Assembly (NCBI GenBank): GCA_016207065.1
Contig: JACQQK010000109.1
Location: forward strand, 1,666 to 65,665
Origin: Nitrospinota bacterium
GTDB lineage: Bacteria > Nitrospinota > Nitrospinia > Nitrospinales > JACRGP01
Direction of reading: 5' to 3'
Length of the DNA: 64,000 bases
Part shown: positions 9,566 to 17,586 of the stretch, in pieces
Layout of the letters: every line of letters begins with the position of its first letter
How positions within the stretch are numbered: the first letter of the stretch is position 1
The notes under the pieces: generated by a model
The model's input: the letters and a program-made list of their open reading frames with translations, nothing else
Told to the model about the DNA's origin: nothing
Database searches by the model: none
Made by a program: the position numbers and the translations under genes

Positions 9566-9977
9566 ATAAATAGAAGATTACCCTTTTTCGATATTGGAAT
9601 TTGGGACAATCGTTTCCAAACGCTCGCATCATCGCCTGACTGAATTGCGATGACGGTTTCATTTTAGGGCACAATTCGGCTCACTCCAAATTTTAAGAAA
9701 CCCAATGTCAAAACTGGGTTACGTTCTTTAGGGCTACCTTGCGGACAGACCCGAAAGCTCATCGGAAGAAAAACCGCGCACTCCTGTCATAAATCCCGCT
9801 GAGAAATGAGTTAAGGGTTTGCCCCGCTTTTTCAAGCATATTCGCTTTTTATTATAATAAGAGGTCATCTCTGGAAGCCCCATAAAACTCAAGGCTCTGT
9901 GTATTTTCGGCGAAAATGGGATTTTTGATCGAATGCACAAATCGGCATTTTGACATTTTAATTCGGAAAAGGGAACT

Positions 9978-10391
9978 ATGCAAGAAAAAAATTACGGAAC
10001 AGCAAAACATCTAGGGACCCGCTTGCGGGAGTGGAGGAAGACCCTGCACCTCAAGTCCTACGAGTTGGCGAAACTGATCCATATCTCTCAAGGATCGCTG
10101 TCGGACATCGAGAACAACAAGTCCCTTCCTTCCGCCGATACCATAGCCAAATTATATCAGCACACCCAGCTGAACATCATCTGGCTGTTGACTGGCAGAG
10201 GGCCGATGAACCGGGCCAAATCGGCCTCGGAAGAGGGGGACGCCGCGGGTTCGGAAGACCTTCTGCCGCGCGGACAGGACCCCACGCTCAAGGAACTGGT
10301 GGAAAAGGTCATCCGGATCTACCAACGCGGCGACCCCGAAAAGAAAGCCCATCTCAAGGGTTTCCTGTCGGGCGCCGATCCCGGATATTAA
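9978..10391 (+). CDS. XRE-family / phage CI-repressor-type HTH regulator (no peptidase domain)
   Basis: LREWRKTLHLKSYELAKLIHISQGSLSDIENNKSLPSADTIAKLYQHTQLNIIWLLTGRG. The NxxWLLTGxG ending is typical of CI-type HTH domains. Confidence 0.85.
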   Translation: MQEKNYGTAKHLGTRLREWRKTLHLKSYELAKLIHISQGSLSDIENNKSLPSADTIAKLYQHTQLNIIWLLTGRGPMNRAKSASEEGDAAGSEDLLPRGQDPTLKELVEKVIRIYQRGDPEKKAHLKGFLSGADPGY

Positions 10392-10399
10392 GCCTTCGT

Positions 10400-10784
10400 C
10401 GCGCCCGGCAAGGATTTCCCGAGGGCCGGATTATTTGTGTCCGGGCGGGCCTTCCCCCGATAATGCCCTCGACAGGTTACGCGCCTGGCGCGCCGGCCCG
10501 GTCCCCGTCTCCGTTTGGTTTGCCCATTCAGCCTCGCTTTATCCCCAATCCCCCAAATACGCCTCCGCCCTTTCCGCAACGAGACCTTGGCATATGCCGT
10601 ATTGTAGTTGCCTGATTCATCAGGCCAGCGTGACGCTGGACTCAAATAGGCTCGGCTCCGATGGCGAATGGGAGTCATCGGGGGCAATCCGGGCCTGGCC
10701 ATCCCGCTCCGGGGCGTTCCCCGGTCAAGGGAGGGGAGTAATTTGAGGGCCGAGCCAAAGGGTTCATTTTGTTAGACGCTCTTA
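10400..10784 (-). repeat. Mosaic repeat locus 2, ending in the terminus ...GTTAGACGCTCTTA
   Basis: 10625-10784 is a near-perfect reverse complement of 60853-61011. 10594-10622 (TTGTAGTTGCCTGATTCATCAGGC) shares a module with the MITE at 56455-56577. The terminal TTA is the stop codon (TAA) of gene 10782..12851. Confidence 0.9.
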
Positions 10785-12851
10785 TGGTTCTTCCTTGACC
10801 AGGGGTTCCCAGACGTAGGCGTTGAGTTTGCCTTTGCGGACCAGGAGCCAGGGCTTGTCGTTGTAGAGCGTCTCGGTGCGCTCGACCAGCAGGAGTTTCT
10901 CTCCCTTGTCCGCCGCGGCGAGTTGCGGCGACGCCGGGTCGGGAGACCTTTTCAGGACCACCCCGTCGATGCGCGGCACGACGTAGCGGGGTTTCGGTCC
11001 CGCCGACGTCCTCGACTCCGCTTTCGTTTCCGGTTGCGGCGGCCGGCCCGCAGGCGCCGGTTGCGCGGGCGGTCCGGGTTTTACCGGCTCCTTGACCGCC
11101 GGGAATTGGGGAAGAGCGACGCTTCTCTCCGCGGGCTCCGAGTCCCGCGGGGCCGGGGGCCCGGCCATGACGGGCTCCTGGGGTTTCGGCGCTTGCGGGG
11201 CGCTGGGTTCTTTCGGTTGGGGTATGCGCGGTTCCCCGGCGGGTTGTTCCGCTTGCAAGGGAGGAAGCTTCACGCTCAAGGTCTCCAGGGAGGCCACCTG
11301 CGGGGGCTTCTCGGAGAACCGCACGAAGACGGGATTGGACAAAAGGTATTGATTCGCGTCCAACTCGGCTTTCACGCGATAGAAGGCCCGCCCCTTGCGT
11401 ACCGCCTCTTCGTCCTTCCAGACCAACTCGAGCGGCAGGACGCCTCTTTCTTCCTTTACCAATTCGCCGTTGCGGACGATCGAGATTTTCACGGCCTTTC
11501 TGCTTTCCCGGGTCGAGCCGACCTTGACTTTCACTTCCGGCGCGTTGTTGGCGACGAGTTCTTCTCCCGGCAGGGCGGACGCCGCTCCGTCGGAGACCGA
11601 GAATTGGTCGAGGGACAATCGCTCTTCCGCGGCGGACTGGCGGACGGCGTACATCCTGCCATGGAGCATGGCGTCATGGACCGAGCGGACGGATTTGTCC
11701 CTGACCAGCAACACCGTCCGGACGCCGCCCAGGGTCCGGTCGTCCTGTCCCTCGCAGTGAAAGTCGTTCGAGCCATAAGCCCAGACCGGGTATTTTCTTT
11801 TCCCCTGGATGAACTGGACGAGCGCGCGGTCCCACTCGTTTCCGGGCTCCGCCGCCGGGACCGGCCGGTCGGACACGGCCTGGAAGCCGGTATAATTCTC
11901 GGTGAGCGTCAAGTCCTGGGGGTGGGGCGGGGTGTTGGTCCCGACCGATCCGGCGATGCCCGCGCCCGCTCCCGGTTCGAGCGAACTCCAGAAAACCATC
12001 GCCCCCCTGGACACGGCGTAATCGATCAGTTCCTGATAGGGCCCGGCGCCGCGGTCGCCATGGTACTGGTCGAACGGGGAACTGCGAAAGGGGTGATGGC
12101 TCAGCGCCAGGAGAAAGGCAAAAACGCACAAGGGGACGGTCAACTTGCGCGCCACGCGCTTGTAGACCATGCCCAGCAGGACCAGAAAAAGTACCGCGCA
12201 AAAGAAAAACTCGTTGACGAATTTCCGCGCGTACCTGCCGGAAAAGGGGCCGTTGAGAACAGGAAGCCGTTCGTAGTCCTCCGGCGTTTGCAGGCCCACC
12301 ACCAACAGCCGTTTGTCCCAGTTGTTGGCGACCAGGCTTTTATCGAACACGCTTCCCGTCCAGTAGTAGAAAGGCGCGCTGTCGACCGCCGGGACCATCA
12401 GCAGGTCCTTGAACTTGTTTTTATTCTGTTCGATCTCGGAGAGGTACCCCTCTGCGCCCAGGGAAAGAATGGAAGGCCCCGCGTCTTTTTTCTTGAAGAT
12501 CCGTTCCAGGGGCCAGATGCCGTATTCCAGCGACCTCTGGTCGTGGTCCCCGTATATGACCGCGTCGATCCCGCGATGCTGGGCGATGTTGCCCAACTCG
12601 CTCACGGTGGAGCAACCGTCGCTGAACCGGGTCTTGACTCCCACGACGGCGTCGATCGGCGCGTAGTCGGCGAACGCCGGGCCCTGCGGGGCCCCGCCCA
12701 AAACCAGGGCGGAACACAGGAACGCCGCCCGAACGGCGTCCGGCGTTTTTCGCGAAAGGGCCTTGAGACCGGCGCGGAGACACACGCGGGCTACGCTCAT
12801 CCAATTACCGGGCGAAGAGAGTTGCATAGAGAGTCCGTATGCGGATTTCAT
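10782..12851 (-). CDS. Membrane-anchored PHP-like (degenerate) domain protein with Pro-rich linker and SH3-like C-terminus
   Basis: VKTRFSDGCSTVSELGNIAQHRGIDAVIYGDHD resembles the PHP N-terminal motif but lacks the HxH. A two-helix hydrophobic insert (FFFCAVLFLVLLGMVY...LCVFAFLLALSHH) splits the domain. Then about 110 aa of P/A/Q-rich linker and a small C-terminal beta-rich domain. Confidence 0.55.
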   Translation of the reverse strand: MKSAYGLSMQLSSPGNWMSVARVCLRAGLKALSRKTPDAVRAAFLCSALVLGGAPQGPAFADYAPIDAVVGVKTRFSDGCSTVSELGNIAQHRGIDAVIYGDHDQRSLEYGIWPLERIFKKKDAGPSILSLGAEGYLSEIEQNKNKFKDLLMVPAVDSAPFYYWTGSVFDKSLVANNWDKRLLVVGLQTPEDYERLPVLNGPFSGRYARKFVNEFFFCAVLFLVLLGMVYKRVARKLTVPLCVFAFLLALSHHPFRSSPFDQYHGDRGAGPYQELIDYAVSRGAMVFWSSLEPGAGAGIAGSVGTNTPPHPQDLTLTENYTGFQAVSDRPVPAAEPGNEWDRALVQFIQGKRKYPVWAYGSNDFHCEGQDDRTLGGVRTVLLVRDKSVRSVHDAMLHGRMYAVRQSAAEERLSLDQFSVSDGAASALPGEELVANNAPEVKVKVGSTRESRKAVKISIVRNGELVKEERGVLPLELVWKDEEAVRKGRAFYRVKAELDANQYLLSNPVFVRFSEKPPQVASLETLSVKLPPLQAEQPAGEPRIPQPKEPSAPQAPKPQEPVMAGPPAPRDSEPAERSVALPQFPAVKEPVKPGPPAQPAPAGRPPQPETKAESRTSAGPKPRYVVPRIDGVVLKRSPDPASPQLAAADKGEKLLLVERTETLYNDKPWLLVRKGKLNAYVWEPLVKEEP

Positions 12852-12859
12852 ATACTACC

Positions 12860-13090
12860 TTAGAGCGTCTAACAAAATGAACCCCTTGGCTCGACCCTCA
12901 AATTACTCCCCTCCCTTGAGGGAGGGGGCTGGGGGAGGATGACCAGCGTGAACGCTGGATCCGACGCCGCCTCAGGCTGACGCCGGATCCATTACCGCCC
13001 CGGCGCAAGCGCGGGGCGGCATTGCCCACCGGGGGCGTCCCCGGTGTCATCGCCGTAGCGCCTCCGGGCGCCGGCCCGGCTTATTTTTTA
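12860..13090 (+). repeat. Mosaic repeat locus 3, beginning with the terminus TTAGAGCGTCTAACAAAATGAAC
   Basis: The first ~58 nt match 60853-60910 and the reverse complement of 10727-10784. 12935-13055 match 61030-61170. Ends in the hairpin + T-run module (13064-13089). Confidence 0.9.
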
Positions 13091-13229
13091 ACTTGCCGAC
13101 GGACAAAATGTGTTATACTTTTTAAAGATAGAAAGTCAATGATTTTCCTTCCGCCAATTTCGGAAACGCAGATTTGCTCCTTGCATCCTATTCGCCTCGA
13201 TTCCGTAACCCTCTGACGGAATATTCCCG

Positions 13230-14672
13230 ATGAAGGCCAAAATTCTAGTCGCGGACGATAGCGCAACGATACAGAAAATCGTCGCCATGGCCTTCGAAAA
13301 AGAAGAAGTCGTCGTCGAGGGAGTCGGAGACGGAAAAAAGGCTTTTGAAAAACTGCCCGACAGCAGGCCCGACGTCGTCCTTGCCGATACGGACATGCCC
13401 GGCATGAACGGTTATCAGTTGTGCAAGAAGATCAAGACGTCGGCGGAGTTCGGCCACGTCCGCGTACTGTTGCTGGCCAGCGATTTCGAGGGACTCGACG
13501 CGGACCAGTTCAAGGAATGCCGGGCGGACGACCATATTACCAAGCCGTTCAAGTCCGAGGAAATCATCAAGAAAGTGAAGGGGTTGTTGCAAAAAGCCCC
13601 GGCCCGGCCGGAGCCCGCGGAAGTCGAACCCCTGACCCTGTCCGAGGCGGACGTCCTGGAGGGCGAACTGCCCGAGGCCTTGGTCCTCGGGACCGAGGAC
13701 ATCGTGGAGCCCGCGATGGAGCTTTCCGTCGAGGACATCCTCAAGGAAGAAGAAGCGCGCGTCCCGGCGATCAAGCTAGAACCGGAAGACGCCCTGCCCG
13801 TCGCGGAGCTTACGGCGGACCAGATCGTCGCGGAATCGGAGGAGGAAGCGATGCCTCTCGAGAGCATCGAAACCGCGGGCGAGGATTTCGCTTTCTCCCT
13901 GGAAGACATGATCCAGTCGGAATTCGGTTCCGGCGACACCGGGATAAAAAAAGCTCCCGAGGAAGCCCCGCCTCCTCCCCCCGGACTCGCGGGAGACGCG
14001 GAGATCCTCGACGACATGGTCAAGGACCTCGAGAACCTCAGGGAATCGCGGGAAGAGGAGAGTTGTCCCGCGCGGGAAGTCCCGGAAAAGGTCTTCGAGG
14101 AATCGCTCGCCGATATCGATCGCTCGGCGGCGGACAGCGCCGTCGAGCTTGAAAGAGCGTTCGACAACCTGAAAAGCTTCCGGGACACCGATAGACCGGG
14201 CAAAACGCCCGCCCGCGCCGAATTCGTCGAGGACAAGGCGGCCAAGACCGCGCCCGGCCAAACCGCGATCGGCGAGGTGCGGCCCGAGCCGGAAGACCTT
14301 TTGGAAAAGATGGCCCCGTCGGCTTTTGCGAGAGGGGGCGGGTACAGGCCCGATTTGATCAAGGAAAGTCTTTCGTTTTTGTCTCGCGATTCCGAGACGC
14401 CGAGGCCCAGGGCCGCCGGGGAGTCGCCCGCCGAACAGGTCAAGCGTTTTTCGCGGTCGCTCGACTCGCTGGAGGGCAATGTCGGCCAGGTCCTGGGAGA
14501 GCACATCCATAAAATTTTGGAAAAGTCCTTGAGCGCCGCCATTCAAAAGGAGGTTTCCGGGCTGTCGGAAACCATCCTGCGGTCCGTAAGAGAGATCGTG
14601 CGCGAGGTGGCCCCCCGAATCGCCCGCGAAATCATCAAGGAAGAGATCGAAAAGATTAAAGACGCTTATTAG
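13230..14672 (+). CDS. Response regulator: CheY-like receiver + ~350-aa acidic low-complexity region + short conserved-looking C-terminal helix
   Basis: ILVADDSATIQK...VVLADTDMPGMNGYQLC...ITKPF receiver motifs. The remainder is E/D/A/P-rich, ending ...VREIVREVAPRIAREIIKEEIEKIKDAY. Confidence 0.85.
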   Translation: MKAKILVADDSATIQKIVAMAFEKEEVVVEGVGDGKKAFEKLPDSRPDVVLADTDMPGMNGYQLCKKIKTSAEFGHVRVLLLASDFEGLDADQFKECRADDHITKPFKSEEIIKKVKGLLQKAPARPEPAEVEPLTLSEADVLEGELPEALVLGTEDIVEPAMELSVEDILKEEEARVPAIKLEPEDALPVAELTADQIVAESEEEAMPLESIETAGEDFAFSLEDMIQSEFGSGDTGIKKAPEEAPPPPPGLAGDAEILDDMVKDLENLRESREEESCPAREVPEKVFEESLADIDRSAADSAVELERAFDNLKSFRDTDRPGKTPARAEFVEDKAAKTAPGQTAIGEVRPEPEDLLEKMAPSAFARGGGYRPDLIKESLSFLSRDSETPRPRAAGESPAEQVKRFSRSLDSLEGNVGQVLGEHIHKILEKSLSAAIQKEVSGLSETILRSVREIVREVAPRIAREIIKEEIEKIKDAY

Positions 14673-14886
14673 CTAGAGCGAAAACGCTTCTTCTCCGATT
14701 TTCGAAGTTCCGTGTTGACGGACCCCACCTTTCTCGAATCGAGCGTTCGGAGGGAATAGCGACTCCGAGCCGGCGGAAGAAAAAACGTTTACCAAAGAAA
14801 ACGGTTTTGGGTTTACTTGCTTCGGATTTTCCGATACTCCAGTTGCGCGTCCGTCCGCGAAAAGACGGTCCGCGCTTTGAGGCGCC

Positions 14887-17538
14887 ATGATCGAGTTGGA
14901 CAAAACATATAATCCCTCCGCGGTGGAGGAGAAATGGGGCCGGTTCTGGCTTGACAACCGGTTGTTTCACGCCGACGAAAAAAACGGCGGCCAGGCGTTT
15001 TCCATCGTCATACCGCCCCCGAACATCACCGGGTCGTTGCACATCGGGCATGCCTTCAACAACACGTTGCAGGACATCCTCGCCCGCTGGAAACGCATGC
15101 TCGGGTTCAACACCCTGTGGCAACCGGGGACCGACCATGCCGGCATCGCCACCCAGAACGTCGTCGAACGCCATCTGCAAAAGGAAGGGACGAACCGCCA
15201 GGAACTGGGGCGCGAGGAATTCGTCAAGCGCGTCTGGAAGTGGCGCAACGAGTCCGGAGGGACCATCGCTTATCAACTGAAAAAACTGGGTTGCTCCCTG
15301 GACTGGGAACGGGACCGGTTCACGATGGACGAGGGTCTGTCGCGGGCGGTGCGCGAGGTATTCGTCTCCCTTTACGAGGAGGGTCTCATTTACAAGGGCG
15401 ACTATATCATCAACTGGTGTCCGCGTTGCCACACGGCCCTCTCCGACCTGGAGGTCGAATACGAGGAGATCCAGGGGAGCCTGTACCACATCAAGTATCC
15501 GTTCCAGGGAGACGGCGGGTTCCTGGTCGTCGCCACGACCCGGCCCGAAACCATCCTGGGAGACTCCGCCGTCGCCGTCAACCCCGCCGACGAGCGGTAC
15601 AAGGACTTGAAGGAAAAACAAGTGGTCCTGCCCGTCCTGGAGCGGGTCATCCCCGTCATCCAGGACGGTTACGTCGACGTCGCTTTCGGTTCCGGCGCCC
15701 TGAAAGTCACCCCGGCCCACGATCCGAACGACTTCGAGATCGGCAGACGGCACAACCTGCCCGTCATCAAGGTCATGGACCCGGACGGGACGATGAACGA
15801 AAACGCCGGCCCCTACCGCGGGATGGAACGCTACGCCTGCAGAAAAGAGCTGGTGAAAGAACTGGAGGCCAGGGACCTCCTGGTCAAGATAGAGGACTTG
15901 AGGCATTCCGTGGGCCATTGTTACCGGTGCCGGACGGTCATCGAGCCTTACCTTTCCAAGCAATGGTTCGTGAAGGCCGAGCCCCTGGCCCGGCCCGCGA
16001 TCGAGGCGGTGAGAAACGGGACGACCCAAATCATCCCCGGTTTCTGGGAAAACACGTATTTCGAATGGATGGAAAACATCCGCGACTGGTGCATTTCGCG
16101 GCAGATCTGGTGGGGCCACCAAATCCCCGCCTGGAATTGCGGCCAGTGCGGCCGCTTGACCGTGTCGCGCCAGGACCCCGAAGCCTGCCCCCAATGCGGC
16201 AACGCGGACCTCGCGCGGGAGACCGACGTATTGGACACCTGGTTCAGCTCCGCGCTTTGGCCCTTTTCCACCCTGGGGTGGCCGGACCGGACGGAGTCGC
16301 TCCGCCAGTATTATCCGACGTCGGTTTTATGTACCGGGTTCGACATCCTGTTCTTCTGGGTGGCGCGGATGATGATGATGGGCATCAAGTTCATGGGCCA
16401 GGTCCCGTTCCGGCACGTCTACATCCACGCGCTGGTCCGCGACGCGGAAGGCCAGAAGATGAGCAAGACGAAGGGCAACGTCATCGACCCGCTCGTCATG
16501 ATGGAGAAATACGGGACCGACGCCCTGCGCTTCACCCTGGCGGCGTTCGCGGCGCAGGGGAGAGACATCAAGCTCGCCGAGGAACGGATCTCCGGCTACC
16601 GGAACTTTTGCAACAAGCTGTGGAACGCGTCGCGGTTCCTGTTCATGAACCTGGAGGGCTACGCGGGCTCTTGCCGGCTTGAGGACCGCGGGGAACGGTC
16701 CATGGCCGACCGGTGGATATTGAGCCGCGTCAACGAGACCTGCCGCCAGGTCAACCAATGCCTGGAGGACTACAAGTTCAACGAGGCCGCCTCCGCGCTT
16801 TACAAGTTCGTGTGGAACGAGTTCTGCGACTGGTACATCGAGCTTTCGAAAGCCCGTCTGCAAACGCGGACCGGCCCGGAAAAGCGCGCCACGCAGAACG
16901 TCATGGTCCACGTCCTGGAGACCGCGTTGCGGCTACTGCACCCCTTCATGCCGTTCATCACCGAGGAGATCTGGCAACAGCTCCCCGCGGAAGGGAAAAG
17001 CGTCATGATCGCCCCCTTCCCCCGGTACGACGCCTCCCGATACGACGCCGAGGCGGAAACGAACATGAATTTCGTGATGGACGCGGTCTCCGGCGTCCGC
17101 AACATCCGCGGAGAGATGAACCTCAACCCCGGCCTTTCCCTCAACCTGTTGATCAGGACGAAAGACCGGGAGACCGCGGAAACCGTCAACCGCCACGCCG
17201 CGTATATCAAGGAAGCGGGGAAGATCGGCCAGTTGACGGTCGGGCCGTCGGTGACCAAACCGCCGATTTCCGCGTCCTCCGTTTTGGACGGGATGGACAT
17301 TATCGTGCCGCTGGAAGGCCTGATGGATTTCGCCGAGGAGAAGAAGCGGATCGAAAAAGAGTTGAAAAAAATCGAAAAAGACCGCATATTCCTTGAGAGG
17401 AAACTATCCAATCAAGAATTCGTCAAGAACGCTCCTTCCGAAGTCATCGAAAAAGACGAGCAAAGAAGACAGGCCCTCTCGGAAAAACAAGACAAGCTGT
17501 TCGCGCATTTAAAAACCATTGAACAAGCTCTCAAATAA
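14887..17538 (+). CDS. valS: Valine--tRNA ligase
   Basis: 883 aa with PPPNITGSLHIGHA (HIGH), KMSKTKGN (KMSKS) and a C-terminal coiled coil. Confidence 0.97.
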   Translation: MIELDKTYNPSAVEEKWGRFWLDNRLFHADEKNGGQAFSIVIPPPNITGSLHIGHAFNNTLQDILARWKRMLGFNTLWQPGTDHAGIATQNVVERHLQKEGTNRQELGREEFVKRVWKWRNESGGTIAYQLKKLGCSLDWERDRFTMDEGLSRAVREVFVSLYEEGLIYKGDYIINWCPRCHTALSDLEVEYEEIQGSLYHIKYPFQGDGGFLVVATTRPETILGDSAVAVNPADERYKDLKEKQVVLPVLERVIPVIQDGYVDVAFGSGALKVTPAHDPNDFEIGRRHNLPVIKVMDPDGTMNENAGPYRGMERYACRKELVKELEARDLLVKIEDLRHSVGHCYRCRTVIEPYLSKQWFVKAEPLARPAIEAVRNGTTQIIPGFWENTYFEWMENIRDWCISRQIWWGHQIPAWNCGQCGRLTVSRQDPEACPQCGNADLARETDVLDTWFSSALWPFSTLGWPDRTESLRQYYPTSVLCTGFDILFFWVARMMMMGIKFMGQVPFRHVYIHALVRDAEGQKMSKTKGNVIDPLVMMEKYGTDALRFTLAAFAAQGRDIKLAEERISGYRNFCNKLWNASRFLFMNLEGYAGSCRLEDRGERSMADRWILSRVNETCRQVNQCLEDYKFNEAASALYKFVWNEFCDWYIELSKARLQTRTGPEKRATQNVMVHVLETALRLLHPFMPFITEEIWQQLPAEGKSVMIAPFPRYDASRYDAEAETNMNFVMDAVSGVRNIRGEMNLNPGLSLNLLIRTKDRETAETVNRHAAYIKEAGKIGQLTVGPSVTKPPISASSVLDGMDIIVPLEGLMDFAEEKKRIEKELKKIEKDRIFLERKLSNQEFVKNAPSEVIEKDEQRRQALSEKQDKLFAHLKTIEQALK

Positions 17539-17586
17539 CCTTAGACCGCGAATGAATGTCCGCCGCGCCGCGCTCTTGCGGCCGGA

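Noticed and set aside
9734-9940. 68-aa ORF in the AT-rich spacer
   Set aside because: It has no SD, odd composition and poor start context. It is probably a chance ORF in AT-rich DNA.
10782-12851. The PHP-like gene as cargo of a composite transposon formed by the flanking inverted repeats
   Set aside because: The element termini point toward the gene: each flanking element lies outside and ends at the gene. That is the opposite of what a composite element carrying the gene would show, and it is more consistent with independent insertions at both gene boundaries.
10923-12863. 646-aa + strand ORF
   Set aside because: It is antisense to the PHP-like gene, Arg/Gly-rich, with no start context.
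14673-14886. Regulatory leader (T-box or attenuator) upstream of valS
   Set aside because: There is no specifier loop/T-box sequence and no terminator/antiterminator pair. The 215-nt gap has only weak hairpins.
14656-16911. ORFs 14656..16194 (-), 15117..16682 (+), 16327..16911 (-)
   Set aside because: All lie inside valS in other frames or on the other strand. valS has unambiguous HIGH/KMSKS motifs.
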